Part shown: positions 55,901 to 63,653 of the stretch, in pieces
How the letters are laid out: each line of letters begins with the position of its first letter
Position numbering within the stretch: the stretch's first letter is position 1
Virus record (IMG/VR): IMGVR_UViG_3300043029_000019
DNA length: 64,000 nt
Strand: one strand, 5' to 3'
From: an uncultured virus (IMG/VR IMGVR_UViG_3300043029_000019)
Taxonomy: Duplodnaviria; Heunggongvirae; Uroviricota; Caudoviricetes
Program-made: the position numbers and the translations under genes
Notes under the pieces: generated by a model
Database searches by the model: none
The model's input: the letters and a program-made list of their open reading frames with translations, nothing else
Told to the model about the DNA's origin: nothing

Positions 55901-58900
55901 CTGTGAACGACGTTCGATTGCGGATAGAGAGCGGCCGCGATACCGGCTGTCAGCGGATCGTATTCGACACCAGTAAAGTGGGTACGCCCGGACAGTCCTT
56001 CCGGGATCAGGCCAAGGAAATTACCCGTCCCCATGGCCGGTTCCAGCACGTTTCCACCGTTAAAACCAAGGCGTTGTGCAATTTTCCATAGGCCGTCCAC
56101 CACGTCCTTGCTGGTGTAATGGGCGAACTGCGTGGAGTTACGCGCTACCTCCAATTCTTTTTCAGTCAGCAGTCCTTCAAGTTCTTCGACCTTGCTTTCC
56201 CAGCCTTTGGCCATGGACCCGTCGGGCCGACGGAAGGCATTGGCCAGCCCACCCCAGCCGACATAGCGGGCCAAGACTTGCTGTTCCTCTGCGGTGGCAA
56301 AGCGTCTTTCTTTCTGGAGGGTTTTGAGAATGCGGATTGCAGCCATGTTGTCGGCATACTTCGCCGTTTCGCCGCGTCCAAGCTCAAAATCGCCGGGGAT
56401 GCGGTAATTGGTGGCAGGCGTTCCCTGGGGTTCTAAATCTCGTCGGCCTCGATCTTCTCGAGCAGATCGTCCTCCGGTTTGATCAGAATGTACTCGGGGA
56501 GAACCACCTCTTCGGCTTCGTGGCGTTGATACCCGGCTGCCATCAGTTGATTGATCTGCTTGTGCGCTCTCTCGGCTGCTTTCAGCGTCAGCGGCAGAAG
56601 CTGTTTCGATTTCATCAGTGCCTTGTGTTGTTTCGGGCACCACTCGTGGAGATGGATTATCGCCCTTTCCTGCAGTTCCTTCACGGTCGTCCCGTACAGA
56701 CTCCCCGCTTTCTGCTGCGCCTGTTTCCTCGATTCGATCATCGATATTATCCTTTCCGGCATGTACCTCGTCTGAGGATAGCATATCACCGTTTTTCACT
56801 TCATCAAGGAAGTGCATCAGGTAGGGTTTCACCTTAGCGCTGAAATTCTGCACAATGAAGCGCATGAAATCCTTGACGCCTTTGCCTGCTGCGCGGAACT
56901 CTTCCAGGGCTTTCTGAAAATGCGGCTTGGCTTTCGCGTAGGTATCCCGGTCCAAACCAGAAGGAAAGCTCGAGAGCGAATCGGCCCCACCGAACAGATC
57001 CACCAGCCCCTGCATGGCCTCACCCACACCCTTGACACCGTGCTTGGCCGCTTCGCCTGCAATCTTCTTCGCAGTCTGATTGTCCTGGACCTTCTGCTGT
57101 GCCTTCTGGGGGGTGGCCTTCTTCGTGGTGGTGCGTTTCTTCGCCGGCTTTTTGGGTGCGGCAGGCTCTTCCTCCTGCTCATTGGCCACCTCGTCAAACA
57201 TGGTCGAAAGATCGTCCATATCCATGTCGGCCAGTTCAGAATCAAGAGCGGAAGTAGGCGCACTTCCCCCGTCAAACATATCTGTCTGCTTGGCATCGTC
57301 CTGCGCCTTGGCCATTTCATCTTCCATGGCGAGGGTAGACACATTTGTGCCTTCGGGTTTGGTCTTCTTGCCGAATGCCGGGGGAGAGGCAAAGAGTTTA
57401 CCGTCTTCGCCTACTTGTCTGGCGGGGATTCCTTGGGAATTTTTTTCTTCGGCATTACGGGCATTGCGCTCAATGTCGGCGGCGTCGATTTCGGCGGCCA
57501 AACGCTCGGTTTCTTCTTTGGTTGGCTCTGCAAACGGATCTTCTTCTATCAACTCTTCCGTTTGGGCTGCAGGCGCTTCCAACAAATCCTTGAGCGTTTC
57601 ACGCACCTCGGCCTCGCGGGTTTTGGGGAACACCCATCCACGATGCTTGAGGTTCCACCAGCCTTTGAGCCCGTTTTTGTTCAGACGGTTTTTGTGGGGT
57701 TTGGTATCGCCCTTGACGAGGAAGGCTTTGTCCGACAGGGGCGCGATATGGAGGGGAGCTAATCCAGAAGCGGCAGAGTCGCCAGATCCCGCTTGTACTT
57801 CCGCACCACTTCCTTCTGATCCTGGCTCGGAAGACTCTTGAACGCTTCGCTTCCCTGCATCTGTGCCAGTCCCGTCTTGCTGATCTCCGGCACCGCCAGT
57901 GCCGGTTTGCCCTGCAGCGTCGTCAGGTGCGGAGTTTTGTCCCTTTTGACTACTAGATTCATCAACGTCCTCCTGTTTCTGAACAGTATCGCCGTCCTCA
58001 AGCTCTGTCAAGGAACGGAATTTCATTTTATCCTTGGCGATACCTTCAGGCACACCAAGCCACAACCGGTCCAGATACCCGGCATCATCGGCATTCTGCA
58101 AATAGACGGTATCCGGCAGATCGGCAGGATCCAGTTCAGCAATCTCAACATCCCCGCCCTTGGCTCCTTTATGCTCCGCAATGCGCTGAACGTCGTCCAT
58201 TTCCGTGGTGAACCACAAAGCACGGACATCGGCCCCATTTTGGGCCTTGTGCGGATTATTCGGGTTGGCCTCCAAGTTATCGGCGTGACGGTCCTTGTCG
58301 ACCGTGAACATGGCACGGTACAACTTCTTCCCCTTGCCAATGGCATCCAAGGCATGCTGCTTGCCGGCGCGATAGATGGTGCGCTTGTCGGTATTCGGTG
58401 AAACCTGCTCGTTGGTCAGGTGCTGGACGGACGGCAGATCAGGTGCATTTTCTTGATTGGCAAAGCCCGCCACAGGCCCTTCCTGAGACGAGCTCGTAAC
58501 GGTTTCTACACTTGGCAGATCCGCGGCTCCCTCTTCCCGTTCTTCAATCGCTTCCTCGGCTGGGCGCACTTCCACCGTGCCATCTTCTCCGGCCACGGTT
58601 TTCGCGGCGTCCAGCACCTCCTGGCTGCCGTCGGTCACCACATCCTGGATCACCGTGCCGTCCTTGTCGCGGGAGGTTACGACGGTCTGCGAATCGGTCG
58701 GCTTGCTATCGATGCCGTATCCCAATGCGCTGCCGAGTTTACCGGAACGAGCCAGGTTCAATGTTCCATCCTGCGAAAAGATCAGTGTACCTTCGGGGAT
58801 CTGCGCCGTCTTGAAACCGTCCGGAACCTCGGGCATGGATTCCCCGGGCGTAACCAGTACGGCCGGTTTCCGTCCATCGACCAGTGCCCGCATCTGAGCT

Positions 58901-60621
58901 TCCATGCTGGCCGGCGCTTCCGGTGTGGTGGTCGGTGTCAGAGAAACAATCTGTTCATTCAAGGTATACAGCCGCGCCAAGGCCCGCGCTCCGGCCGATT
59001 TCTTCGGGGTGCCGTCCTTTTTCAGCAGATTGCCAGCGATCTTGTCGCGCAGTTCGGTCAAGGCGTCGAGGCGTTCAGGAGCATTCATGCGGTCCTGCGC
59101 CTTTTGAATTTCGCTGTCGGGCATGCCGTCCAATGCTCTGTTGATCAGGTCGTTTTTTTGCTCGGGCATCATGGCGGCACCTTCGGGCGATACCTGGGCA
59201 GCGGGTGCTTGTATGCCGTGAGGGTTGACCAGCATGCGGCCGGGGTCGGTAACGGGACCGCCTTCGGCATAAATGGTCTGTGCCGGGTCGGCCGGTTGGA
59301 CCGGCTCGGCGTAAACAGGTTCAGCCTGCGGCAACACCATCAGTCCGCGCTCTGCGATCACAGCCATGTTCGAGGCGCGGTTCGGATTCGGTTGCGGGGG
59401 AGTATTGATACTCTGTTGGGAGGCTGTCACCTGATCATCGGTCATCCCAGGCACGTTCAGGCCCTGATTGATGATGCTGCTCTTTTGCTCAGGAGTGAAA
59501 GCGGTTCCATCCGGTGTTACTTCGACAGCCGGTTGCGGTAGCATGCGCGATTCGTCAAAAATAGGCTGTTGTCCTGCTGCTTCTTCGGCAACCTCCGGTT
59601 CGGTTTGTTCTGCCTTGCTTTCCGGCGCCATGGCATTGGTTGCTGCACCAAGAACAAAACTGGTCGGAATTACATCGATGTTCTTGAGGCTTTCCACAAC
59701 ATCGGAAACGACCTCTTGCATGGGCTTGTCTTTGGCCAATGCCGCGGCTGCCGCCTGTGCCGGTTCTTCGAGGTATTCGGTCACAGCTTCGCCGGCACCA
59801 CCTACAGCCCGCCGAGCCATGGCTTTGAAAATCCCACGACCGGCCAGCTTTTCAATTCCTCGTTTTCCGAGTACGGCCTCCGCACCGAAAGAGTTAAGGA
59901 CGCCGGATACCACCCCGTAAGCCGTGGACGCCTTCCTTGCTGATTCTTCCGGTACCCCTTCGTCTACCAGTTCGCGGTAAAGCGAAGAACCCTCTTGACT
60001 GCCACCTGTTGCCCCTGCCGCCACCGGTCCACCAACGGCATAGGCAACCACAGTAGGAATCAAGGATGAAGCAGTATCGATCCCGGTTTCCGTCCACCAT
60101 CTCGGATCCTTCAACAGGTCCAGGTTGCCCCACAGCTTACGCTGCAGATCTTTGGGTTTTTCGGCATCGATAGCACTGCGCTGTTTATCCCAATGCCTGG
60201 CAGAGTCGCCGGTTATGTCGGCCAACTTGTCAAAAGTCTTTTCAATGGCCGTTGGTTCCCAGGAGGCTATGGACTTTTTAACTTCTTCGATATGTCGTTT
60301 CCCTTCTGGAGTCTGGGAATACCCGGGACGAAGACGGTCAATGTTTTGGATATATTCGTTTAAGTCTTCTCTGGGATCTGTTGTCCCGAAGGAACGCAGG
60401 AAGGCTTCCGCGGTGGATGCGGCAGACGAAGCAAACGACGGGAGAACCTTTCGCGCTCCGCGCTTGGCCGCCGACCAAATAGAGTTGTTATCCTCGGTTT
60501 CTGCGGTTGCCTGTTCTTTTGCAACCATGTCAAAAATGTCTCCACTATCCTGCGATCCGGCAGAAGGTGCGGGGGCTGAAGTTGTGTCTTCAATGTCGAT
60601 CAGATCAAAGATATCGGGCAT
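46987..60621 (-). CDS. Giant DarB-like polyvalent virion protein (adenine methyltransferase, SF2 helicase, zincin-like and LPD38-like parts), 4544 aa
   Basis: VLEPAMGTG and GNPPF; HTVGSGKT, VDESH, EQREGRIIRQGN; LLHEVVGH; VNFNRKG...YLFFNAGVQG. Confidence 0.92.
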   Translation of the reverse strand: MPDIFDLIDIEDTTSAPAPSAGSQDSGDIFDMVAKEQATAETEDNNSIWSAAKRGARKVLPSFASSAASTAEAFLRSFGTTDPREDLNEYIQNIDRLRPGYSQTPEGKRHIEEVKKSIASWEPTAIEKTFDKLADITGDSARHWDKQRSAIDAEKPKDLQRKLWGNLDLLKDPRWWTETGIDTASSLIPTVVAYAVGGPVAAGATGGSQEGSSLYRELVDEGVPEESARKASTAYGVVSGVLNSFGAEAVLGKRGIEKLAGRGIFKAMARRAVGGAGEAVTEYLEEPAQAAAAALAKDKPMQEVVSDVVESLKNIDVIPTSFVLGAATNAMAPESKAEQTEPEVAEEAAGQQPIFDESRMLPQPAVEVTPDGTAFTPEQKSSIINQGLNVPGMTDDQVTASQQSINTPPQPNPNRASNMAVIAERGLMVLPQAEPVYAEPVQPADPAQTIYAEGGPVTDPGRMLVNPHGIQAPAAQVSPEGAAMMPEQKNDLINRALDGMPDSEIQKAQDRMNAPERLDALTELRDKIAGNLLKKDGTPKKSAGARALARLYTLNEQIVSLTPTTTPEAPASMEAQMRALVDGRKPAVLVTPGESMPEVPDGFKTAQIPEGTLIFSQDGTLNLARSGKLGSALGYGIDSKPTDSQTVVTSRDKDGTVIQDVVTDGSQEVLDAAKTVAGEDGTVEVRPAEEAIEEREEGAADLPSVETVTSSSQEGPVAGFANQENAPDLPSVQHLTNEQVSPNTDKRTIYRAGKQHALDAIGKGKKLYRAMFTVDKDRHADNLEANPNNPHKAQNGADVRALWFTTEMDDVQRIAEHKGAKGGDVEIAELDPADLPDTVYLQNADDAGYLDRLWLGVPEGIAKDKMKFRSLTELEDGDTVQKQEDVDESSSQKGQNSAPDDAAGQTGTGGAGDQQDGTGTDAGKRSVQESSEPGSEGSGAEVQAGSGDSAASGLAPLHIAPLSDKAFLVKGDTKPHKNRLNKNGLKGWWNLKHRGWVFPKTREAEVRETLKDLLEAPAAQTEELIEEDPFAEPTKEETERLAAEIDAADIERNARNAEEKNSQGIPARQVGEDGKLFASPPAFGKKTKPEGTNVSTLAMEDEMAKAQDDAKQTDMFDGGSAPTSALDSELADMDMDDLSTMFDEVANEQEEEPAAPKKPAKKRTTTKKATPQKAQQKVQDNQTAKKIAGEAAKHGVKGVGEAMQGLVDLFGGADSLSSFPSGLDRDTYAKAKPHFQKALEEFRAAGKGVKDFMRFIVQNFSAKVKPYLMHFLDEVKNGDMLSSDEVHAGKDNIDDRIEETGAAESGESVRDDREGTAGKGDNPSPRVVPETTQGTDEIETASAADAESSRESAQADQSTDGSRVSTPRSRRGGSPRVHSDQTGGRSAREDRGRRDLEPQGTPATNYRIPGDFELGRGETAKYADNMAAIRILKTLQKERRFATAEEQQVLARYVGWGGLANAFRRPDGSMAKGWESKVEELEGLLTEKELEVARNSTQFAHYTSKDVVDGLWKIAQRLGFNGGNVLEPAMGTGNFLGLIPEGLSGRTHFTGVEYDPLTAGIAAALYPQSNVVHSGFEKIPLPPDYFDFVIGNPPFSQNSLRFKYTPDFNRFSMHNQFMLAGLESLKPGGVQAFVVSRYFLDAKSKEARARIADQADLVAAFRLPDTAFKANAGTEVVTDIIVLQKIADPESRNDVQWVGTDEVADPLGGDPITVNEYFKKHPQNIIGTLDRSGSQNMHNDVNVHLEPGTSLSEELDTRIQSLPKNILAAETPQDRTRQAFKDLQTSIEVALRGGEIGNVMFNVNGELIQVYEKEAPGGGELFAERVLTEDSPWHNSLQQNEDGKWYEVVDKLDKKGKPVKVLGSNGKPTKLNQKEERVYDNEADIPGTKKLGKLGYARLKGAVQILDTLIEQINLENTQNTAGKQIEANRKKLKRQYQAFVKEHDYMNSSKMLRIVDALPNGALLRSLEAKYKAPITKARAKTLGLKPRGAIVKTADILDKRIVYPYEVPTSADSATDALAVVLSETGGVDLKRIADLTGQTEQRAVDELHTGMESPVIFKDPETGRWETADEYLGGNVVRKLEAAKQAEMDKNIAALEKVQPEPWTADKVTVSLGATWVPEKTYAAFVEHLTGAPAKVLFSRLTNTFSVTGNAATSGAASWNTPGRNVVDLLSNVLNSQAIKVTRTVSDGHGSTRTFVDTEATQAANDMAETIKEEFTDWVFRDSERRRELVDLFNRMFNVRVTKQRDGSHLRFPGKVPDHIIKLRRHQVNGIWRGIVDRFVLYDHTVGSGKTFTAIARAIERKRMGLSKKPMMVVPNHILEQVAKDVYTLYPGARVLAAGVKDLSKNKRKRLFARIATGDWDLVIVPHSSFQFIGISPATEERYLQEELSMAIQAVEEAEAEAEAEGYSGRRKPLTVKEAERLRDNIEARLEKVKERASKRDNLLTFEQMGVDDLTVDESHEFKNLFYHSRLNVRGMNPKAGSAKAYDLWSKVRVLRESKNGSVAFMTGTPVSNSAVELYGIMRYLAADALEEMGLEHFDAWRSQFASVSTAFEPKESGRGLKEVNRIGRDWSNMRSLMDLYYSFADAVSNDDIKKWYKEDNDGAEFPIPKVKSGGRRSVNVEPSEVQERIIEDIVSGFDHLPDIEDVDQRNAERLRLMDRARKVSLDARAVDPYIQDNGEGGKLEQVAVEVKRVYDAWQKDKGTQLVFLDRSVPKAKGDAAKIAKYDSLVRQLEQAEEAGDEAKAMKLSDQLEKYDQNEMASLKAAQQGGWNAYDEIKKRLIESGIPENEIRYVQEATTDDQKKLLFEEVNAGKVRVLFGSTPRMGAGTNVQERLVALHHVDVTWKPSDIEQREGRIIRQGNSLFEKYADKFEVEILAYTTNRTVDAKLWSLNATKLKMINGLRHYTGDFNIEFDDSDSVGMAEIAAIASGEPLQLERVQLTSEIDKLNRQKNAHRRRIYGLRDELDDHQRALENENAVEVFAQHAGTQAGIEEKANSRKVSITYDGESVNFGYAQAAEAKGHITRLADAAAENGEKFSINVDGKKYTARTKAHDAVQKVLGDGMAFEAKFEGDTYISRSAMDKAITQKVKAAIEANLDQADPQAEMDETQVGSVRLGELEVDLSAQVVVGGRIGGSEQIVEIFAEAKDGKTWLVNTGYSGALGRGGKNLAEAVRGLSAGISRRIREFPTIVQQLKEKADKAREMIPKLESLVDEPFPKEQELEEKQRRLEEVEQELSAEADAASETDSDPVYSRKTPQQQARLTKQQVLQTIGPILQNWKNAPRIEAVQSVKDLPDHLKNYIFSNDPHEGAGIDGVFDPKTGTIFLIADALPSTARATHVLLHEVVGHYGLRGMLGKDFNSILDQIGNVRRKDLVPIAARWGYDLRTRGGRRGAAEEWLAEIAGRGETNGFLKRAVVVIRDWLRSMGFNMKYSDADIVALVAKARKYVEKGVEQGGSEVRISYSKSAIEALYAKVSELEKKTDAAYESGDYGLAEDLDARLAEEREWLDNYASQYDYDFEQDAVDNEAGIEEQLAGAYKSLLDLRAGKPISNGFVTEEGVIANMRDVVDSYGQQGVRDDISDTELIEAAKDAYQNRRRELSEKPEQSIKFSRAAAATAQTPRASRIDRGKEAIGTRLDYLRMKFQDKFLPLKRTQQALKKRDWQEREDNNPYLTEELYHGIAKDRLDKFEAEQIEPLMEEIKAAPVSLDELEQYLYARHVPERNAYIQKINPEFEEGGSGMTDAEASKIIDGFRKAGKLRVLHNLAQKVWSMAEMQRRIIREEGLEEQERLDAWEQFNFYVPLKGAPDGLDEGHGRSIGRGFAVTKSGTRAALGRRSEAENILAHLAAQVADTIVRAERAKVGKAFLQMVEENPDPSLWTVRTRDNLPTRQVLAKNPAFTALKGKLQRRQAALEKAEDGAEIERLQQEIAEIRTEMEATPPRQVAEVDDFEWIRADNVLPITRDGQVHYIQIENRDLARVMKNLGAADQGKSIRALAWLNRVLAMVNTSLNPEFIITNFERDFQTAMINLSGEESAKIAAKVAKGIPASMRGIRNALRGSNDSDMAKWYARFKAAGGQVGYLDLQNIDQTQRQIQKLVREQDGKLGTVWKYVQKVGKFIGDYNTMVENAVRLSAFKTAIENGMSEAKAASLAKNLTVNFNRKGELGPAANALYLFFNAGVQGSARIITSLAKSKRTRKICAGITLTAFALAEINRLQAGDDDDDENRWDKVSDYTKHTNLLLMRGDESGDAFKVKLPYGYNMFVALGYTMSDVRAYLTSGGKHGKSPAQGAVSLFHAGMNAFNPLGGDDSLLQLISPTIMDPFVQVATNENFMGTPIMPDQPSFGPPKPKSEMYWSSVRPLSMAISKQLNELTGGSSVEPGVVDISPEVLDHFWDFATGGAGRFYADSINAMAAMARGEELSIRRVPFARQVYQEKSDYYDRQNLHNHMDKVTAHYGLFKEMMETGRKGDAMRYRQEHPEIALKRTADHLRRRLTKLRQGKEKLENVDKERYKDRIERIEREIQRLTMAFNRKYNQTVTR
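56433..56741 (-). CDS. Candidate overprinted gene (102 aa) nested in the giant gene
   Basis: AAGGA SD, upstream TTGATG-N16-TATGCT, globular sequence ending GYQRHEAEEVVLPEYILIKPE; host frame is low-complexity here. Confidence 0.6.
   Translation of the reverse strand: MIESRKQAQQKAGSLYGTTVKELQERAIIHLHEWCPKQHKALMKSKQLLPLTLKAAERAHKQINQLMAAGYQRHEAEEVVLPEYILIKPEDDLLEKIEADEI
57759..57962 (-). CDS. Candidate overprinted gene (67 aa) nested in the giant gene
   Basis: AGGAGG-N6-ATG; host frame here is a G/S/D/Q linker. Confidence 0.5.
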   Translation of the reverse strand: MNLVVKRDKTPHLTTLQGKPALAVPEISKTGLAQMQGSEAFKSLPSQDQKEVVRKYKRDLATLPLLD

Positions 60622-60639
60622 GGTTGAGCTGTCCTTCCA

Positions 60640-61995
60640 TCAGAAAGAGTATCCGCGCTGCTTGGCGAGTTGTCGGGCCTTGGCCTTATCGCCTTTGGCT
60701 TCCTTGAGGATCTCGCGGGCTATCTTTATATGCTCGGGGTTGGTCTGATCGAGCTTTTGGGGTTTTTGCCGTTTGGGCCGCTTCCCATTGTCTGCCTGCA
60801 CCCCGTCCGCTGCTGGATGGTTATTGCCACCCTTCGGCGATTCCGTATTGCCATTCTTGAGCATGTCGTAATATTCGATGGTCTTTTCTTCGATGGCCTG
60901 CTGTCGATTGCCGCCGAAGGCCGCGAAGTCCGTCGAATCAAAGTGCCTCAAAGTAGCCTGGTCGCCGGCCCACTTCTCGGCCCGTTTCCTGGCTTCCAGA
61001 TAGACAGGATCGTTCATATCCATGGCCGGTTGCTCCTGCGCCGTGAACACCGGCTGCACCGCCTGACCGTTCACCCATTCTTCGTAGGTTGGCGCTCCAT
61101 CGATCGTGCCGATCATATTCCCCATAGGATCAGCCTTGCCGTAGGTGGCAATGTACGTTTGGCGCAGATCGTCCAGGGTGGCTGTGCGCCCGGTCTTGAG
61201 CTGGATCAGATCCGACTTGCCGCTGCCGCCATTTTTCGCCTTGGTGGCTTCGAGTCCACGCTTGAGGTCGTATTCCTTGCCCATCTTTTTCAGTTCAAAT
61301 GCGCGATCCCGCTTCTCCTTATCCAGGGCAAGCCGGTTCTTGCGCTCTTCGGCGGCCACGGCTCGTTTGTTTTCGAGATAACCTTTCGGGTCAAGCTGGG
61401 CGAACTTGGTTTTAAGCAGGTTTTGAAGGTACTGCTTGCGGCTGCCCATTTCGCCGAAGAAGTCTCGAAACGGCACAACCATGACGTCTTTGTCGGTATG
61501 ATCACGGTTGGGAAGCGTAGCCGGGGCAACATAGCTTTTCCCTTCGGCGGTTGTCGCTTTAAGGTGGGGGATGAAACCGGTACCATCTGGCGTGATAGAG
61601 GCTCCCACCATTTCTTTGGTCGCCCCATCCGGACCACCGACATTCACCATATCACCAAATACGCGACTGGTTGCGGCGAAGAACTCAGGCGTATCGTAGG
61701 TGCCATTTTCAATACTCTGCTCCATGAGAACAAGATCCTGGTACATCTGCTTGGTTTCTTCTTCTTCCTCATACCGTTTCATCAGCATTTCATGCTGCTT
61801 TTGCTGCCAGGCAAACCGCTTTTCGGACCGTTCGTCCTGTTTTATCTGACGATCTCGATTGAACTCTCGGTCCTCAGCCCGCTCTTTGTCGAGACGCTTT
61901 TGACGCTTTATATTCTCAGCGTTCGCGACCAAGCCCTGACCGACAGACAGCCCGCGCAATAAACTGTTGGAAAATGCCCCTGGATCGAAACCCAT
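60640..61995 (-). CDS. Internal virion (ejection) protein
   Basis: Start trimmed to MGFDPG after GAGGGG; coiled coil; precedes the giant gene. Confidence 0.7.
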   Translation of the reverse strand: MGFDPGAFSNSLLRGLSVGQGLVANAENIKRQKRLDKERAEDREFNRDRQIKQDERSEKRFAWQQKQHEMLMKRYEEEEETKQMYQDLVLMEQSIENGTYDTPEFFAATSRVFGDMVNVGGPDGATKEMVGASITPDGTGFIPHLKATTAEGKSYVAPATLPNRDHTDKDVMVVPFRDFFGEMGSRKQYLQNLLKTKFAQLDPKGYLENKRAVAAEERKNRLALDKEKRDRAFELKKMGKEYDLKRGLEATKAKNGGSGKSDLIQLKTGRTATLDDLRQTYIATYGKADPMGNMIGTIDGAPTYEEWVNGQAVQPVFTAQEQPAMDMNDPVYLEARKRAEKWAGDQATLRHFDSTDFAAFGGNRQQAIEEKTIEYYDMLKNGNTESPKGGNNHPAADGVQADNGKRPKRQKPQKLDQTNPEHIKIAREILKEAKGDKAKARQLAKQRGYSF

Positions 61996-62009
61996 AGTTA
62001 CCCCCCTCT

Positions 62010-62549
62010 TTAAATCATCATGGCGGCAAGTCCAAGACCGGCACCGATCATGGTTGCGTTCGATGAAGCGACCGATGCTGCATTCGCGGAATTGGCCGAA
62101 TTGCGGTTTGCTTGCATCTGCGCTACCTGCCCCCATCCAGATTGGGCGCTACCTGCCACCCCTTGGCCGAGGGCAAACAAGCCGTTCTGGACGGCATCAC
62201 GCCTTGCGTCCGCGGCGATTCGCGTATCATTGGCGGTCTGTGTAATGTCCAGCGATTTGGTAATCGAACGCTCTTTATCCATGGCGGCCTTCTCTTCCGG
62301 AGACACGTTCACTCCGTAACGCTCAATTGATCTTGCGGTGCTTCCCTCTGCCGCTTCATACGAATCGCTCACCGCGCTCTTTGCTGTGTCCACGTTATTC
62401 TGGACCATATCCGGATCGTTTATGTAAGAAACCAACGAATCGACCTGAGGCGCGAACTTCTCCTTCCACAGGTCCCACTGTTCGCGTGAAATTTTGGCTT
62501 GGGCGTCAGAGGCCGTTGTGTCCTGTTTTACGCTGCCGCCCATACTCAT
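62010..62549 (-). CDS. Small ejection/pilot-type protein
   Basis: MSMGGS start, A/S/Q-rich, hydrophobic GAGLGLAAMM tail. Confidence 0.7.
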   Translation of the reverse strand: MSMGGSVKQDTTASDAQAKISREQWDLWKEKFAPQVDSLVSYINDPDMVQNNVDTAKSAVSDSYEAAEGSTARSIERYGVNVSPEEKAAMDKERSITKSLDITQTANDTRIAADARRDAVQNGLFALGQGVAGSAQSGWGQVAQMQANRNSANSANAASVASSNATMIGAGLGLAAMMI

Positions 62550-63133
62550 ACCGCACCTGCCTTGTCGGAAGGATCGAACCAGCCTTTTTTCTGCCCGTAA
62601 GCGCCAATGCCCATGCCAGCAACCGTTCCGGCAGCATTGCCCCATGCCTGACTTGCCGCCTGTTCTGCCTGAACGTCTGCGATCTTGGATTGATTCTGCA
62701 TGGTGCCGGCCATGGCTAGCCCCTGCTGAGCCCCAGAAGCAATTCCGCGACCTGAGGCGATTACGTCCTGCACACCAGTTACATATTCGGCTTCGTGAGC
62801 CTGCTGAGTCGTTGCTACCGAATTGCCCATCTGTGAAGCCTTGGACATGTCAAATTTACTCACTCCGGTTTTGAATTTGCCGCTGTTTGGATTTATCCCG
62901 GCCCGCAGACCAGCCCCAACAGCGTTGGACCGTTGCTCCTCAAAAGCGTCACTGACCGCCTCGGTTGCTTGGCGCGTTTCACCTGACAGACCACGCTTAT
63001 TGTCCATGGTTTTCTGGATCAGTGGGTCGATCTCACCAGCGAATTTTTGTTTGTAAAAGTTCCATTCCTCAGTGGCGATCTTGGCAAGCTCCTTTTCGCC
63101 CCAAGAGGCTTTTACTTTTTTTGAACTGCCCAC
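62546..63133 (-). CDS. Small ejection/pilot-type protein
   Basis: GINPNSGKF; similar architecture to the neighbouring gene. Confidence 0.7.
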   Translation of the reverse strand: MGSSKKVKASWGEKELAKIATEEWNFYKQKFAGEIDPLIQKTMDNKRGLSGETRQATEAVSDAFEEQRSNAVGAGLRAGINPNSGKFKTGVSKFDMSKASQMGNSVATTQQAHEAEYVTGVQDVIASGRGIASGAQQGLAMAGTMQNQSKIADVQAEQAASQAWGNAAGTVAGMGIGAYGQKKGWFDPSDKAGAV

Positions 63134-63134
63134 G

Positions 63135-63527
63135 CTAAACCTCCATCTGGTATACTTTGGTCACCAGCTTCCATCCGGTCTTTTTTGCCCGTCGCTCAAA
63201 CCCAGGTCGAGGGGATGCTGTTTCCAGCCGTACAGCACCAATCTTGCGAGCGATTTCTTTGATTTCAGGCAAATAGTATTCTTGCGCACTTTTGCCTTTC
63301 GCATAGGTGATCCAAATGAATAACTCCAGCTCGCCTGCCGGATTTGTCTGATGCTGCAACACGCAAAAATCATCACCATGCATGAACAGAGCAGCACGAC
63401 CTTCACGGCAGGCGTCGTAAACGTCCACCGGTCGCCAAGCAGTTCGGCATATACGATGAACATGCTCCAGGCCAGGTCGAATTCTGTCCCAGCATGTGCG
63501 TATGTCTGTCAGTTTGAGTTTTTCCAT
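63135..63527 (-). CDS. GNAT-like virion-region protein
   Basis: ELFIW...IARKIGA..L...SPRPGFER. Confidence 0.7.
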   Translation of the reverse strand: MEKLKLTDIRTCWDRIRPGLEHVHRICRTAWRPVDVYDACREGRAALFMHGDDFCVLQHQTNPAGELELFIWITYAKGKSAQEYYLPEIKEIARKIGAVRLETASPRPGFERRAKKTGWKLVTKVYQMEV

Positions 63528-63542
63528 AGCCTCGAAAACGCA

Positions 63543-63583
63543 AAAAGCCCGACCAAAACCGCAAAGGGTTAAGGATCGGGCTT
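63543..63583 (-). terminator. Terminator-like hairpin
   Basis: AAGCCCGA...TCGGGCTTTTT. Confidence 0.5.
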
Positions 63584-63653
63584 CAAGGTCACCGAGGGAG
63601 TGGCGGGACCGTCAATCACCGTGGGCACTAAATTTTCAGATACTTTCCCATGT

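Noticed and set aside
47113..61962. Long plus-strand ORFs (e.g. 54790..56091, 58420..59541, 60670..61962)
   Set aside because: Antisense shadows of GC-rich minus-strand genes, with no motifs or RBS support.
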